Under the pieces are notes generated by a model. That model had not been told where the DNA came from, made no database searches, and saw only the letters and a list, made by a program, of their open reading frames with translations. A program made the translations under genes and the position numbers. Shown piece by piece: positions 36,517 through 47,161 of a stretch of 58,164 nt of DNA (position 1 is the first letter of the stretch; the number at the start of each line of letters is the position of its first letter). The stretch comes from Myxococcota bacterium. GTDB lineage: Bacteria > Myxococcota_C > UBA6777. The stretch covers positions 1 to 58,164 of the forward strand of contig JAKLKB010000028.1 of the NCBI GenBank assembly GCA_023150835.1, written 5' to 3'.

Positions 36517-38043
36517 ATGCAGCGATCCCAAAAGCAAAGAAGTCCTCGTCAAGCGGAGACGGGCGACCCGCGAAGCAAACCAACGAAGAAGCCGTCATGG
36601 TTGATATGGCTTGTTTTTCTCGGAGGGTGGGGTGGATTCGGAGGATGCACCAACACCAAGGTGATCAAAAGCGAGCGTTCACCGGTGTTTTCATTGGTGA
36701 GACAGCTTCGTGCGGATGAGACCGAAAAGCGCGTGGAAGCAGCACAAAAACTCGGTGAGATCGGAACGAAAGCGCACCAAGCCATCCCCAAGCTTCGGAT
36801 GTCTCTCGAAGATCAATCTGTGGAGGTCCGAAAAGCCGTTGTACTCGCCTTGATGAAGATGGGAGAGCGCGGCACGCCGTCTTGGCTGCGGGGATTGGAT
36901 GACAAGTCTCCCGAAGTGCGCAAGGTCGTGGAAGACAAACTCGACGAAGGAGGCGACGAAGTGATCGAGGATGTCACGAAGGTCATGCAGTCTCCGATCG
37001 GAGAAGAGCGACGGCTTGCGGTGCGTGCGTTGGGCTACATGAGCAAACGCACAAACAAGGCGATCCCTTCGCTAGGAAAAGCCGTGTTGGATAGCGAAGT
37101 CGATGTTCGCCAAGAGGCGGCTGCAACGCTTGGTAGACTGGGTTCCAAAGCGGCTCCTGCTGTTCCTCAGCTTGCCAAGGGGCTGCAACAAAACCGCGAC
37201 TGGTGGAATGTTCGCAAAGCCATCATCGAAGCCCTCGGAGATATCGGCCCTGCTGCTGCCGAAGCCATCCCAAATCTTGTCGAGATGATGCAGGACAAAG
37301 ACGATGATGTCCGTAAAGCCGCACTCAACGCCATCCGAAAGATCGGCCCGAGCGCCGTCCAAGCCCTTAGCGAAGCCCTCCCTGCCTCGACGTGGTGGGC
37401 CAAAGCCGAGATCCTCAAGATGCTAGAGACCTTCGGTTCCAAGGCCAAAGCTGCGCTTCCCGCGTTGATTGCGCTGCTCAATGACAACGATCAAGACGTC
37501 CGACGACGTGCCGCGATGATCATCGGAAAGTTCGCAACAGAGGGTTCTTCAGCAGCCCCCACCCTCCAAAAGATCCTCTTCGATCAAAAAGCTCCTCATG
37601 TTTTGTGGAGCGTCGTGATGGACACCTTAATGAAGATCGGGCCAGACGGGCACGCGGTCTTGCGCAAAGCGCTGGATCACCATGATTGGTGGCTGCCCAA
37701 AACCATCTCCGAGGCTTTCGGTCAATCCGGCCCAGATACCCCCCCCGAAGCCATCCCCACACTTGAATACGCACTCCAGCACTCGCGTTGGGAGGTCCGT
37801 TGGACGGTGGCCTTGGTCGCAGGTCGCATGAAAGCCAAAGCCGCTCCGCTTCTTCCTGCCCTACTCAAGGCGCTCAACGACAAAGAAAGCCGTGTTCAAG
37901 TCCAATCAGCCCTCAGCATCGGCGAGATGGGCGACGCCGCAAAAAGCGCCATCTCCCCACTCAAAAGCCTCCGCAACGTCGGTAGTCCTGAGCGCCAAGC
38001 CGCCATCAAAAAAACCCTCGAAAAACTCGGTGACTCCGAATAA
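36517..38043 (+). CDS. HEAT-repeat protein, probable lipoprotein
   Basis: GGAG RBS before ATG 36517; hydrophobic stretch ending GGC; repeated AIPxLxxxLxDxxxxVRxxAxxALG. Confidence 0.85.
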   Translation: MQRSQKQRSPRQAETGDPRSKPTKKPSWLIWLVFLGGWGGFGGCTNTKVIKSERSPVFSLVRQLRADETEKRVEAAQKLGEIGTKAHQAIPKLRMSLEDQSVEVRKAVVLALMKMGERGTPSWLRGLDDKSPEVRKVVEDKLDEGGDEVIEDVTKVMQSPIGEERRLAVRALGYMSKRTNKAIPSLGKAVLDSEVDVRQEAAATLGRLGSKAAPAVPQLAKGLQQNRDWWNVRKAIIEALGDIGPAAAEAIPNLVEMMQDKDDDVRKAALNAIRKIGPSAVQALSEALPASTWWAKAEILKMLETFGSKAKAALPALIALLNDNDQDVRRRAAMIIGKFATEGSSAAPTLQKILFDQKAPHVLWSVVMDTLMKIGPDGHAVLRKALDHHDWWLPKTISEAFGQSGPDTPPEAIPTLEYALQHSRWEVRWTVALVAGRMKAKAAPLLPALLKALNDKESRVQVQSALSIGEMGDAAKSAISPLKSLRNVGSPERQAAIKKTLEKLGDSE

Positions 38044-38085
38044 CCTCGGACATCGATCTCTATGATCTCGAAGACTCGTGGTCAT

Positions 38086-38367
38086 TTAGCGGCAAGGAAC
38101 GTTGGTGTTTTGAACACACGACACAAAGCTTTGGCATGTGCCTAGCGCAAGACAATCGCCGATCAACTTGTTCCAATCCTGTTGTTGACCGCTTGAAAGG
38201 TTCGCCACACACCGCCCAACGTTTTCGTTGCACTCCGAAACGCTGGTCCCCGCTGCAAGCACGTTGCAAGTTTGACCTCTCGAACAATAGCTCGACGTCA
38301 TCCCACCACAGCCCACCATCATCGTCATCCACGCACACGCTACAACCAAATAGATTACAAACTTCAT
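38086..38367 (-). CDS. Small Cys-rich lipoprotein
   Basis: Signal ending MVGC; eight further Cys in about 73 aa. Confidence 0.7.
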   Translation of the reverse strand: MKFVIYLVVACAWMTMMVGCGGMTSSYCSRGQTCNVLAAGTSVSECNENVGRCVANLSSGQQQDWNKLIGDCLALGTCQSFVSCVQNTNVPCR

Positions 38368-38626
38368 GAGCAAACGCCCCTTCATACATGGTGTTTTGCT
38401 GTTTTCGTGTGCTTTCGCCTTGCTCGTTTGTCTACCCTGATCATCCAAAAAAACAAGGCGCGTTGCCCGTGTGATGTGCACAGACAACCGCTGCAAATGC
38501 AACGATATGAAGCCGAAAACAACCCTCAAAAAAAAGAAAGCTGTGCGGAAACTACAACAAGCCGCTGTTTGCCGTCAAGTATTTTGCGCACGCTCCCTTC
38601 TTCTCCAAGGCCATCCCCGCACCTTT

Positions 38627-39832
38627 TTACTCGCCAAGCGAGATGCCTGCAACAGGAGGAAACGCGGGGATCTTTTCTTCTCGAAAAGGTCCGTAGGATT
38701 GGGCATTTGTGATCTCTTTTTGCGCGGCATCGGTTTCGCGTTGAGCAAATTCACCAAAAGCCCGATCGAGCGCAGGATGCCCGAACAAATGAGCGCTGTG
38801 GATCACCACAGGTAAAAACCCACGCTTGAGCTTGTGCTCTCCTTGTGCGCCCGCTTCCACAAGCGTGCAGCCCGAGCGGATCGCTCGTTCGATCAGTTGG
38901 TAATAACACAGCTCGAAATGCAGGTTATCGATCGGCTCGAAACACCCCCAATAACGGCCATAGACGTGCTTTCCTTTGGCAAAAGACAACGTACCCGCCA
39001 AGATCTGCCCATCACGCCGAACCAATCCCACCACAGCACGCTTTCCGACAGCCTCACGAGCATCCAGAAAAAAACGCCTTGTCAGATAAGGACTCCCCCA
39101 CTTGCGATCGCTCGTCGACGTATACAGCCGAAACAACGTCATCCACTCGTCCAGACCGATCTGATCGCCTGTTTGCAAAGAAGCCGTCAGCCCGCCTTCT
39201 TCGATACATCGGCGCTCTTTGCGGATCTGCTTGCGGTTTTGCGAGCGCAAGGCTGACAAAAAATCTTCAAAGTCCGAATACCCGGGATTTCGCCAATGAA
39301 ACTGATGCGTCGCACGCCGCGAAAAGCCACACGCCTCAAAAAACGCTGCTTCCTCATCGTTGCAAAACAAGACATGGATGCTCGATGCCTGCGAAGCCAC
39401 CATCAACTCCCGCAGCCCTTGGACCAACAAGCGGCGGATCGACTCTCGATCTTCGTTTGGATGAACCAACAAACGCGGCCCCGTCGCAGGAGTGAACGGC
39501 ACCCCCACCACCAACTTCGGGTAATAGTCCACTCCGACGCGCCGTGCGATGTTCGCCCACTCCCAATCGAAGATAAATTCCCCATAGCTGTCTGTTTTGA
39601 TATAGGTCGGTGTAGCCCCCAATAGCTCCTGACCTGACCACACCGTGACGTGGGCAGGAAGCCAACCTGTGTTGGGGCCGACGCTGCCCGAATCTTCGAG
39701 CAAGCGCAAAAAGCTGTAGTCCAAAAAAGGATTGTGCGGATCTTCGAGCGCAGACCAAGCCGCCTCCCCGATGCGCCCCAAAGAAGGCAATATCTCCATA
39801 CGCCATGCACGCTGTGTTCGGCCCTTGTCCAT
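38627..39832 (-). CDS. GNAT/FemAB-related protein (DUF482 family)
   Basis: SYGEFIFDWEWA, YYPKLVVGVPFTPATGPRL, YGRYWG, LHFELCYYQ, EAGAQGEHKLKRGF. Confidence 0.92.
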   Translation of the reverse strand: MDKGRTQRAWRMEILPSLGRIGEAAWSALEDPHNPFLDYSFLRLLEDSGSVGPNTGWLPAHVTVWSGQELLGATPTYIKTDSYGEFIFDWEWANIARRVGVDYYPKLVVGVPFTPATGPRLLVHPNEDRESIRRLLVQGLRELMVASQASSIHVLFCNDEEAAFFEACGFSRRATHQFHWRNPGYSDFEDFLSALRSQNRKQIRKERRCIEEGGLTASLQTGDQIGLDEWMTLFRLYTSTSDRKWGSPYLTRRFFLDAREAVGKRAVVGLVRRDGQILAGTLSFAKGKHVYGRYWGCFEPIDNLHFELCYYQLIERAIRSGCTLVEAGAQGEHKLKRGFLPVVIHSAHLFGHPALDRAFGEFAQRETDAAQKEITNAQSYGPFREEKIPAFPPVAGISLGE

Positions 39833-39938
39833 CCAAAAAGCCTCCGTCAAGGTGTCATCTCAAAGACTCCATTTGGAGATCGGACACGCAGAGTCGATTC
39901 GCAAGACCCCCACCCCAAACCCAAGGAGTCCCAAAAAG

Positions 39939-40772
39939 ATGCAAAGATGGAAATGGAAGTTGTTGCGTGCGGGTGCATTTCGCCTCGATGGGGGAGCCAT
40001 GTTTGGGTTGATCCCCAAAGCCCTCTGGTCCCGATCGTTTCCTGCCGACGAAGACAACCGCATCACCCTGCAAACCAACTGCGTGCTTCTCGAATCTCCC
40101 CATCGTCTGGTGCTGATCGAAACGGGCTGCGGAAACAAGTTCGGAGCCAAAGAACGCCAGTTTTACGAACTCGAATCCCGTTGGGTCGGTGATGCTCTGC
40201 GCGAAGAAGGCGTCGAACGCACCGATATCACCGACGTGATCATCACACACCTCCATTTCGACCACGCAGGCGGGCTGACCTATCTTTCCGCACCTGACGC
40301 CCCGATCCAAGCCAGCTTTCCAAACGCCCGCATCCACACCCAACGCACCGAGTGGCAAGACGCCCTCGCCAACCGCTCCACCATGACCCGCACTTATCTG
40401 CGCGATCATCTCGAACCCATCGCCGAACAAATCATCCGCCTCGATGGAAACAGCGAGATCCTCCCCGGCATCCATACCCTCCCCGTCCCCGGCCACACTT
40501 GGGGACAACAAGCCATCCTCTTCCAAGACGACCTCGGCACGCTTTGTTTCCCCGGCGACATGATGCCCACCCTCCACCACGTCGGCGACGCCTTCAACAT
40601 GGCCTACGATATGCTCCCCTACCAAAACACCCAAACCAAACGCTCCCTCTTACACCGCGCCCACCGCGAAGCTTGGCGACTGATCCTTGATCACGAACCC
40701 GGACCCGCCGTCGTCTCCGTCATCCACGATGATCGCGGACGCTTCGCTCTCCAACCCACCCCCGCCCTGTAA
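39939..40772 (+). CDS. MBL-fold metallo-hydrolase (YtnP-like)
   Basis: LDGGAMFG, THLHFDHAGG, GHTWG, GD, MAYD. Confidence 0.92.
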   Translation: MQRWKWKLLRAGAFRLDGGAMFGLIPKALWSRSFPADEDNRITLQTNCVLLESPHRLVLIETGCGNKFGAKERQFYELESRWVGDALREEGVERTDITDVIITHLHFDHAGGLTYLSAPDAPIQASFPNARIHTQRTEWQDALANRSTMTRTYLRDHLEPIAEQIIRLDGNSEILPGIHTLPVPGHTWGQQAILFQDDLGTLCFPGDMMPTLHHVGDAFNMAYDMLPYQNTQTKRSLLHRAHREAWRLILDHEPGPAVVSVIHDDRGRFALQPTPAL

Positions 40773-40903
40773 CACACGCCCCCGCTCCAACGACCTTTTC
40801 AACGCCTGATTTATCGACATGAGTGGTGAAAAGACCTCGACCGATAACACACGCCACCGCTCCAGCGACCTTTTCAATGCCCCCCACACGAAAGGTCCAC
40901 TAA

Positions 40904-41016
40904 TACGAGATCCGCCCGTTGACTTATCGTAAAAAGGTAGGGGCAGCCCCCTGTGGCTGCCCAACAATCGGGCGTCTACGTAATCTCCTTCGATCACCGA
41001 TCACGCGGATATCGTA
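40904..41016 (+). mobile_element. MITE-like element family A (113 bp)
   Basis: TACGAGATCCG...CGGATATCGTA with central GTAGGGGCAGCCCCCTGTGGCTGCCC. Confidence 0.7.
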
Positions 41017-41179
41017 TGATGTCCTCACACCGAACACAAACAACCTAGCGATCTCCAATCGATCCTGTTATACCTAGACCGTCACCGCCCACAAAAGGCC
41101 GCGCTCTCTCGTCTTGGGTACGCGATCCGTTTTGTTCCCTACGATCGGTGGCTTAACTCCACACATTAGGCAAACAAGG

Positions 41180-43129
41180 ATGTACAGACTCTTTGTTTTC
41201 GAGGGCGATCCGCACACCACCCAAGCCCTACAAGCCCAACTCGCGCAACGCATGATCACCACCCAATCGTCCGCCTCTGTACAACAAGCGCAGCTACTCC
41301 TCACCCAACATCCCCCTCACATCGTAATTTTCGACCTCACCCACCCACTCCACGAAGTCGAAAGCCTCTACCGATGGATCACCACACACCCCCAACTCCA
41401 CACCATCCCCCGCGTCTTTCTCAGCCTACCCCACCAAGAGCCGCTCCTCGCTCAACTCCGTCAAGAAGGCGAACAACACATCTTTGAACGCCCCCTCCGA
41501 CCTTCCCTGTTTTTTGATGCGCTCCAACAACTGCTCTCTCCCCATCCTGCTCCTTTTACCTCCATGCCCCAAAAGAAAAAGCTCGAAGATGCGATCTCTG
41601 CCATGATTGGCCGAAAGATCGGCTCTTTTGTACTCGAAAAAGAGATCGGACGCGGTGGCATGGGCGCTGTCTTTCGCGCCCACCAAGAAGCCCTCCAGCG
41701 CAAAGTTGCCCTCAAGATCATGCTCCCCAACGCACAACAGGACGAAACCTCCATCCGACGCTTCCAACGCGAAGCCCTTGCCATCGCACAATTAAAGAGC
41801 CCTCACATCGTACAGATCTTCGACGCAGGAACCACCGAAGACGGCATCTTTTACATCGTCATGGAATTCCTTGACGGCGAAAACATCGATCAGTTCTTGC
41901 GCTCCCACAAACGCCTCCCCGAACTCCAAGCCCTCTCTGTGATCGAACAAGTCGCCCTCGGTCTCAAAGTCGCCCATGATGCCGGACTCATCCACCGCGA
42001 TATCAAACCCTCGAACCTGATCATTGACACTCGCGGACAAGTCACCCTTACCGACTTCGGACTCGTTCGCGGAAACCAAGATATGTCCTATACCCAACCC
42101 GGGATCGTCGTCGGCAGCCCTCACTATCTCTCCCCCGAACAAGCCTCCGGCAAACCTCTCGATCACCGCTCCGATATCTACGCCCTTGGCATCGTCTTTT
42201 TTGAGATCCTCACAGGCACCGTCCCTTTTCGCGGCCCCCACGTCTCCAACGTCATGCTCAAGCACATCCAAGAACCACTCCCCGACCCCCGCCAAACACA
42301 GCCCGATATCTCCCACGCCACCGTCCACTTCCTCCAAAAAATGACCCAAAAAGAACCCGCCGCCCGTTACCAAGATTGCAACGCCCTGCTCGAAAGCATC
42401 CTTCTCCTCAAGCATACACTTCATCCCCCCACTTCTTCCGCAGGAAGTTGGCCCGGCCTTGCTCCCCACTCCTTTGTTCCAAACACTCCTTCTCCCTACG
42501 CCCAAACCTTTTCTCCCTCCCCACAACATCCCCCCAACTCCCACACCTTCGGCCAACCACACTCCCCTCTCTCTCCTCCACACACACATCCCCTCCATCC
42601 CGCCTTTTCCAACTCACTCCCTCCCTCTCTGCCCACTCCCCACCATGCACATCCCCTCCATCCCGCCTTTTCCGACTCGCTTCCTCCCTCTCCTCCCCCA
42701 TCGCTTCCCTCCCACTCCCTCCCTCCCGTGCAATCCCCTCTCTCTCCTCCCTTCCTTGAACGCGCAAACCCCTCTCTCGGCGCTCTTCAAGAACACCTCT
42801 CACCTCCTAAAATGCTCTCTTCTTCCGCAACAACCGCACTCTCCAACACCAACCTCTCCCCTCCGCATTCTTCTCCTGCACAACAAACCAACCTCCTCTC
42901 CGAAGCCGAAATCGAAGCGCTCCAAAACGAACTCACCCGTATCATCGGACCGATGGCCCAGATCGCACTCAAACAAGCCATCAAAAAACTCGGACACACT
43001 CGACAACAATTCCCCCGACAAGACGGCTCGAAACTCCTTGAAGCGCTCAAACAGCGCCTCGATCCGCACAAACAAGAAGCCTTCTTGCGGGCTGCAACAC
43101 CCCACATCTCTTCCAAAAGGAGTCCCTAA
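41180..43129 (+). CDS. Ser/Thr protein kinase with N-terminal receiver-like domain, Pro/His-rich linker and C-terminal helical (IGPMA) domain
   Basis: IGRGGMGAV, VALK, HRDIKPSN, DFG, GSPHYLSPE; N-terminal LFVFEGD..IVIFD..RP. Confidence 0.9.
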   Translation: MYRLFVFEGDPHTTQALQAQLAQRMITTQSSASVQQAQLLLTQHPPHIVIFDLTHPLHEVESLYRWITTHPQLHTIPRVFLSLPHQEPLLAQLRQEGEQHIFERPLRPSLFFDALQQLLSPHPAPFTSMPQKKKLEDAISAMIGRKIGSFVLEKEIGRGGMGAVFRAHQEALQRKVALKIMLPNAQQDETSIRRFQREALAIAQLKSPHIVQIFDAGTTEDGIFYIVMEFLDGENIDQFLRSHKRLPELQALSVIEQVALGLKVAHDAGLIHRDIKPSNLIIDTRGQVTLTDFGLVRGNQDMSYTQPGIVVGSPHYLSPEQASGKPLDHRSDIYALGIVFFEILTGTVPFRGPHVSNVMLKHIQEPLPDPRQTQPDISHATVHFLQKMTQKEPAARYQDCNALLESILLLKHTLHPPTSSAGSWPGLAPHSFVPNTPSPYAQTFSPSPQHPPNSHTFGQPHSPLSPPHTHPLHPAFSNSLPPSLPTPHHAHPLHPAFSDSLPPSPPPSLPSHSLPPVQSPLSPPFLERANPSLGALQEHLSPPKMLSSSATTALSNTNLSPPHSSPAQQTNLLSEAEIEALQNELTRIIGPMAQIALKQAIKKLGHTRQQFPRQDGSKLLEALKQRLDPHKQEAFLRAATPHISSKRSP

Positions 43130-43131
43130 CC

Positions 43132-44016
43132 ATGCGCATCGGCTTAGGCTTTCGCATCATCTTCTTGACCTCCTCGATCGTGCTGCTCACTTCGGCCACT
43201 CTAATCTTTCTCGCCTACAACCGCGCTTACAACGACCTCCAGTCCAGCATCGCTCGCCGCCTCGAAGGCATCGCCAACACCACCGCCCTCCAGATCAACG
43301 GCGACAACCACGAAATCATCGCCCCCAACAAAAAACTCAATCTCAAAGGCTCTCCCTCCGACGAAAACCGCGACCAATCCATCCAAACCCACCTCGCCGC
43401 GCTCTCCCCCGCTGACCAAACCCAATACAAACACTTCATCAAGATCCGAAACTTCCTCGCACAAGTCCACCGCGTCAACAAGCTCAACACCGATATCTAC
43501 ACCCTCCGTCCCGAAGACAGCACCATGTCCTTTATCGTCATGGCGGGTGGCGGCCAGTACATCGGGCACACCCACCAATTCACCCCACAAACCCGCGATG
43601 TCCTCAAAACGGGCAAAAGCACCACCAGCAAGATCTACTACGATCAAAACGGTGCATGGCTCTCTGCCTTCGCCCCCGTCCGAAACTCCCAAGGAAAAGT
43701 CGTCGCTGTCCTCGAAGTCGACGAAAAACTCAAAACCTTCCAAAACGAACTGGCCATGCAGCTTTTCTGGCCCGCCATCATCGCTGTCCTTGTACTTGTC
43801 CTTGCCTTGCTGCTCTCCGTCCTCTTCTCCAAACGCCTCGTCGCCCGCCTCGCCTACTTGCGCGATGTCACCGAAAAGATCTCCCTTGGACAGATGGATC
43901 ACCCCATCCAGATCCGCTCCAACGACGAGATCGGCGATCTCGCCCAAGCCCTCGAACGTATGCGCGAATCCCTCAAAATGGCCATGCAGATGCTCGAAGA
44001 CGAAGACGAAGGCTGA
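43132..44016 (+). CDS. Membrane sensor protein: TM - extracytoplasmic Cache-like domain - TM - HAMP, no output domain
   Basis: Two TM helices; YYDQNGAWLSAFAPVRNSQGKVVAVLEVD; HAMP DEIGDLAQALERM then stop; 2 nt after the kinase. Confidence 0.8.
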   Translation: MRIGLGFRIIFLTSSIVLLTSATLIFLAYNRAYNDLQSSIARRLEGIANTTALQINGDNHEIIAPNKKLNLKGSPSDENRDQSIQTHLAALSPADQTQYKHFIKIRNFLAQVHRVNKLNTDIYTLRPEDSTMSFIVMAGGGQYIGHTHQFTPQTRDVLKTGKSTTSKIYYDQNGAWLSAFAPVRNSQGKVVAVLEVDEKLKTFQNELAMQLFWPAIIAVLVLVLALLLSVLFSKRLVARLAYLRDVTEKISLGQMDHPIQIRSNDEIGDLAQALERMRESLKMAMQMLEDEDEG

Positions 44017-44186
44017 CCCCCTCCAAACGCACTCCCACTATCCCGTATCCGATCCGTTCTCGCTCTTGACCATCGCCACCCTGTGGATTATATCTCTCCG
44101 CACGATAACCTACCTCATCACTAGGTGATCACTAGGTGATCGAGGTCGCGGCTTTTTCAGCCCGCATACAACGACAAGGAGCACCC

Positions 44187-44726
44187 ATGCGGATCGTGAA
44201 TCTTGAACCCACACCCAACCCCAACGCCTACAAATTCAACGTCGCGGAACTCCTGTCCAACGACGCACGTTCTTTCCCCAACCCCGAAGCGGGCGCTCGC
44301 GATCCCCTTGCTCGCAAGCTGTTTTCCGCAAACGGCGTTGAATCAGTCTTCTATCTCGGCCACTTTATCACCGTCAGCAAACGCGAAAGCGTCGACTGGG
44401 GCGACGTGATGAAACACGTCAGCCAATCTCTCCTCGAATTCGACGCCAGCGGACTCAAAGACCTCGGCCAAGACCCCCAAGCCGACAACAGCCAAGACAG
44501 CCCTGTACTCGCCCAGATCAAAGAGATCATCGAAGAGATGGTCTTGCCTGCCCTTGCCAACGACGGTGGCGGACTCGAAGTCCTCGGCATGGAAGACCAC
44601 ACCGTCTTTATCCGTTACCAAGGTGCCTGTGGAAGCTGCCCCAGTGCAACAAGCGGCACGCTCATGGCGATTGAACGCTTGCTCCAAAGCCAAATCGACG
44701 GATCTTTGCGCGTCCTCCCCGCCTGA
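44187..44726 (+). CDS. NifU/Nfu-type Fe-S cluster carrier protein
   Basis: EPTPNPNAYKF N-domain; LANDGGG..YQGACGSCPS CxxC. Confidence 0.93.
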   Translation: MRIVNLEPTPNPNAYKFNVAELLSNDARSFPNPEAGARDPLARKLFSANGVESVFYLGHFITVSKRESVDWGDVMKHVSQSLLEFDASGLKDLGQDPQADNSQDSPVLAQIKEIIEEMVLPALANDGGGLEVLGMEDHTVFIRYQGACGSCPSATSGTLMAIERLLQSQIDGSLRVLPA

Positions 44727-44793
44727 ACCCCCCCGAACCTACCTACCAAACAAACCCCACCGATCCCCCAACAAACCGCTTTCTTCCGAATCA

Positions 44794-44978
44794 TAGGAAA
44801 TCCGCAGGGCGCTTGATCGTAAAACGTAGGGGCAGCCCCACGACTGATGTGTCGCGTTCGAGAGGTGCAGTTGGTGCTTGATCGTAAAACGTAGGGGCAG
44901 CCCCCTGTGGCTGCCCAACCACAGGGTAGTTACAGCGAATTGCACCTACCCTTCGATCACACATCTTTCGGATTTTGA
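44794..44978 (+). mobile_element. MITE-like element family A with internal partial duplication
   Basis: TAGGAAATCCG start; GCTTGATCGTAAAACGTAGGGGCAGCCCC occurs twice; ends CGGATTTTGA. Confidence 0.6.
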
Positions 44979-44979
44979 A

Positions 44980-46722
44980 TCAATCTTCGTTGTAGTTGTA
45001 GAGGTTGTCCCAAATACCATCCAACACGCGCAAGGCTTCATCCAGAGGCTTGGCTTTGTAACGTTCGATGCCATCGGCTCCTTGGATCACTTGAACGATC
45101 GGCAGATCGTGTTCTTCTTTCTCGGCCTTCTCGATCACCTTATTGAGTGCGTCATCGACCTCAAAGTCTACTTCGAGACCTTCAAACTTTTCCTTCAAGA
45201 ACAGCTCTGCGCGTTCGTCGATCTCTTCGGCTGTCAGGGCTGTTCCTTCGGCGTACAGGATGTAATAGCACAAGATCGCCTCTTTGAACTCTTGTTCTTC
45301 GAGCGTATCCATCAGGTATTGCAACACACCGATGTTGTTGTCGAGGTTCTTGTTGTAAAGGTCTTGCGTAATCTTGGCTTGGTAAGTCGCCTTCGTGCGG
45401 CGATAGCCCAACACCAGCTTCACCGAATACGCGGCAAGCACCGAAAGCACGATCAATGCGGCACTTCCGCCACCTTCTTTTCCAAGGCTTTTGTACAGCG
45501 CGAAAATCCCCAACAGGACGGTGATCACCAGCATCGTCACGTCAAAGGACTTCATCCGCATGTTTTTTTCGGGGAAGATGATCTCGCTGTCTGCAAGCGG
45601 GATATGCTTGAACATCTTGATGTGCATCGTCCAATCCCGCGCACCTTCGGGAGGTTTCTTTGCGGCGATGATCTTGCCCAACACAGGGATCTTTTCCATC
45701 CAACCGGGAAGCGTCGGAGGACGCAAACGAAACAAGCTGATCACGCGCTGCATCGCGGGTTCTTGAAGCTTGATCGGTTTGAGCAATTGGGTGGCTGCTT
45801 TGGGTTGTGTTGCAAGGTTTTGACGGCGCACCCATCGGCGTTCAAACACGGTGGTTCGTTCTTCATCGTTCCCAGACACGGCTTCGGGCTTGGACTTGTC
45901 TTCGCCAAAAAACTCCGCCAAGACGTTTCCAGACTTTTTGTCACCACGCACTTTTTCGATCAGGATCTGGATCGGTGTCAGCACCACTCCCAATGCCCGC
46001 GACAACAAGAAGTCGATCTTTTCCATCAAAAACAGACCTTCGGTCTTGTCGCGTTCGATCCCTCGGTGAAACACCAAGATGTTGTTGTCAAATTCCTTTG
46101 GCAAAGACAACACTTGTTCCACAGGCTCATCGAGCCCCAAGCTCTCTTCCTGCTTTTGACCCTCGGGGGTCTTCAGATGCTCGAAGTATTGCGTCAACAT
46201 CCGAGGATCGAACACATTCCAGTTGATATCTACAGGCAGATCGAACAAATAGCTGTGTTCACAAGCCCGCACGTAGTCCTCTTCGGTCATCGGGTTGAAG
46301 TTGCCTCGAAACATCGTCTTGAGAAAATTCGTCAAAAACCGACGCTCCCGCCACAGCAACTCTTCTTCCGAAACACTTTCGCGCATCTTTTCGCCTGTAT
46401 CGGGCGCGAAGTACTCGTAATCTTCTTTCAGCTCGTTGAGGACGCGGTGATAAAAGAAGTGGTACAACCCTTCGGAAAGCTCCATCAAGTGGCGAAAGCC
46501 TTCTTCGTTGGCCGCCACTTGGGGATGTTGATTGATGGCGCGTACGAAACGTGCCTTGCTGACAGGGATATAGTGTTCGTGGGGGATCTCCACCCAGTCC
46601 CCGGGCTTCCATTCTCCGCTCACGGGTGGCGCTTCGCCTTGAAAAAACAAGTCCTGTTCGATCCATTCACCTTGCTGCACCACAGCGGCCTGCGAGGCAC
46701 CGCCTTGTCCTTGTTCACTCAT
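44980..46722 (-). CDS. DUF3754 / TMEM143 family membrane protein
   Basis: EHYIPV, ELKEDYEYF, IKMFKHIPLADSEIIFP, two TMs, LYNKNLDNN..EEQEFKEAILCY, DFEVDDALNK. Confidence 0.8.
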   Translation of the reverse strand: MSEQGQGGASQAAVVQQGEWIEQDLFFQGEAPPVSGEWKPGDWVEIPHEHYIPVSKARFVRAINQHPQVAANEEGFRHLMELSEGLYHFFYHRVLNELKEDYEYFAPDTGEKMRESVSEEELLWRERRFLTNFLKTMFRGNFNPMTEEDYVRACEHSYLFDLPVDINWNVFDPRMLTQYFEHLKTPEGQKQEESLGLDEPVEQVLSLPKEFDNNILVFHRGIERDKTEGLFLMEKIDFLLSRALGVVLTPIQILIEKVRGDKKSGNVLAEFFGEDKSKPEAVSGNDEERTTVFERRWVRRQNLATQPKAATQLLKPIKLQEPAMQRVISLFRLRPPTLPGWMEKIPVLGKIIAAKKPPEGARDWTMHIKMFKHIPLADSEIIFPEKNMRMKSFDVTMLVITVLLGIFALYKSLGKEGGGSAALIVLSVLAAYSVKLVLGYRRTKATYQAKITQDLYNKNLDNNIGVLQYLMDTLEEQEFKEAILCYYILYAEGTALTAEEIDERAELFLKEKFEGLEVDFEVDDALNKVIEKAEKEEHDLPIVQVIQGADGIERYKAKPLDEALRVLDGIWDNLYNYNED

Positions 46723-47161
46723 TCAAACCTCCTTCGTTGGTTTCGTCCACTGCACCACCCCAATGTTCTCGACACAACGCCCCTTCTATCCGCGATTTGC
46801 AACGGCTTCAAGGGCGGCCCTTTATCCTAAAAAACACATCTGTCGGATGTTGACAGAGGAGCCCAACCCCGTCAAGAGATCGCTCCGCTCTCCCATCACG
46901 CAGGCTCTTGTTTGCGCGCCGTTCTACACAGAGTTGCGCAGGCTCTTGTTTGTGCGGAGTTCTGCGCATAACGGCGCAAGCCACATCTTCAACGTGACTT
47001 TTTTGCACCGTTATGGGTGTGATTCCCCCTTGACGCATCCGCAGGGTTGCGCTACTCCGACGCAGCCTTTCCGACGCGTAAGACAGCCACCCGATTTCGT
47101 TGCCTGAGCGTGGCCTCTCGACAAGCGCGTCCTTCTTCCTCGCCCTGTGGAGGCTTGATCG

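Noticed and set aside
40770-40881. Mini-CRISPR: two 37-bp direct repeats separated by 38 bp
   Set aside because: Only two copies with three mismatches, no palindrome or typical terminal motif, no cas genes; more likely a local duplication.
44878-46830. 650-aa plus-strand ORF
   Set aside because: Antisense shadow of the DUF3754 gene; begins inside a repeat element.
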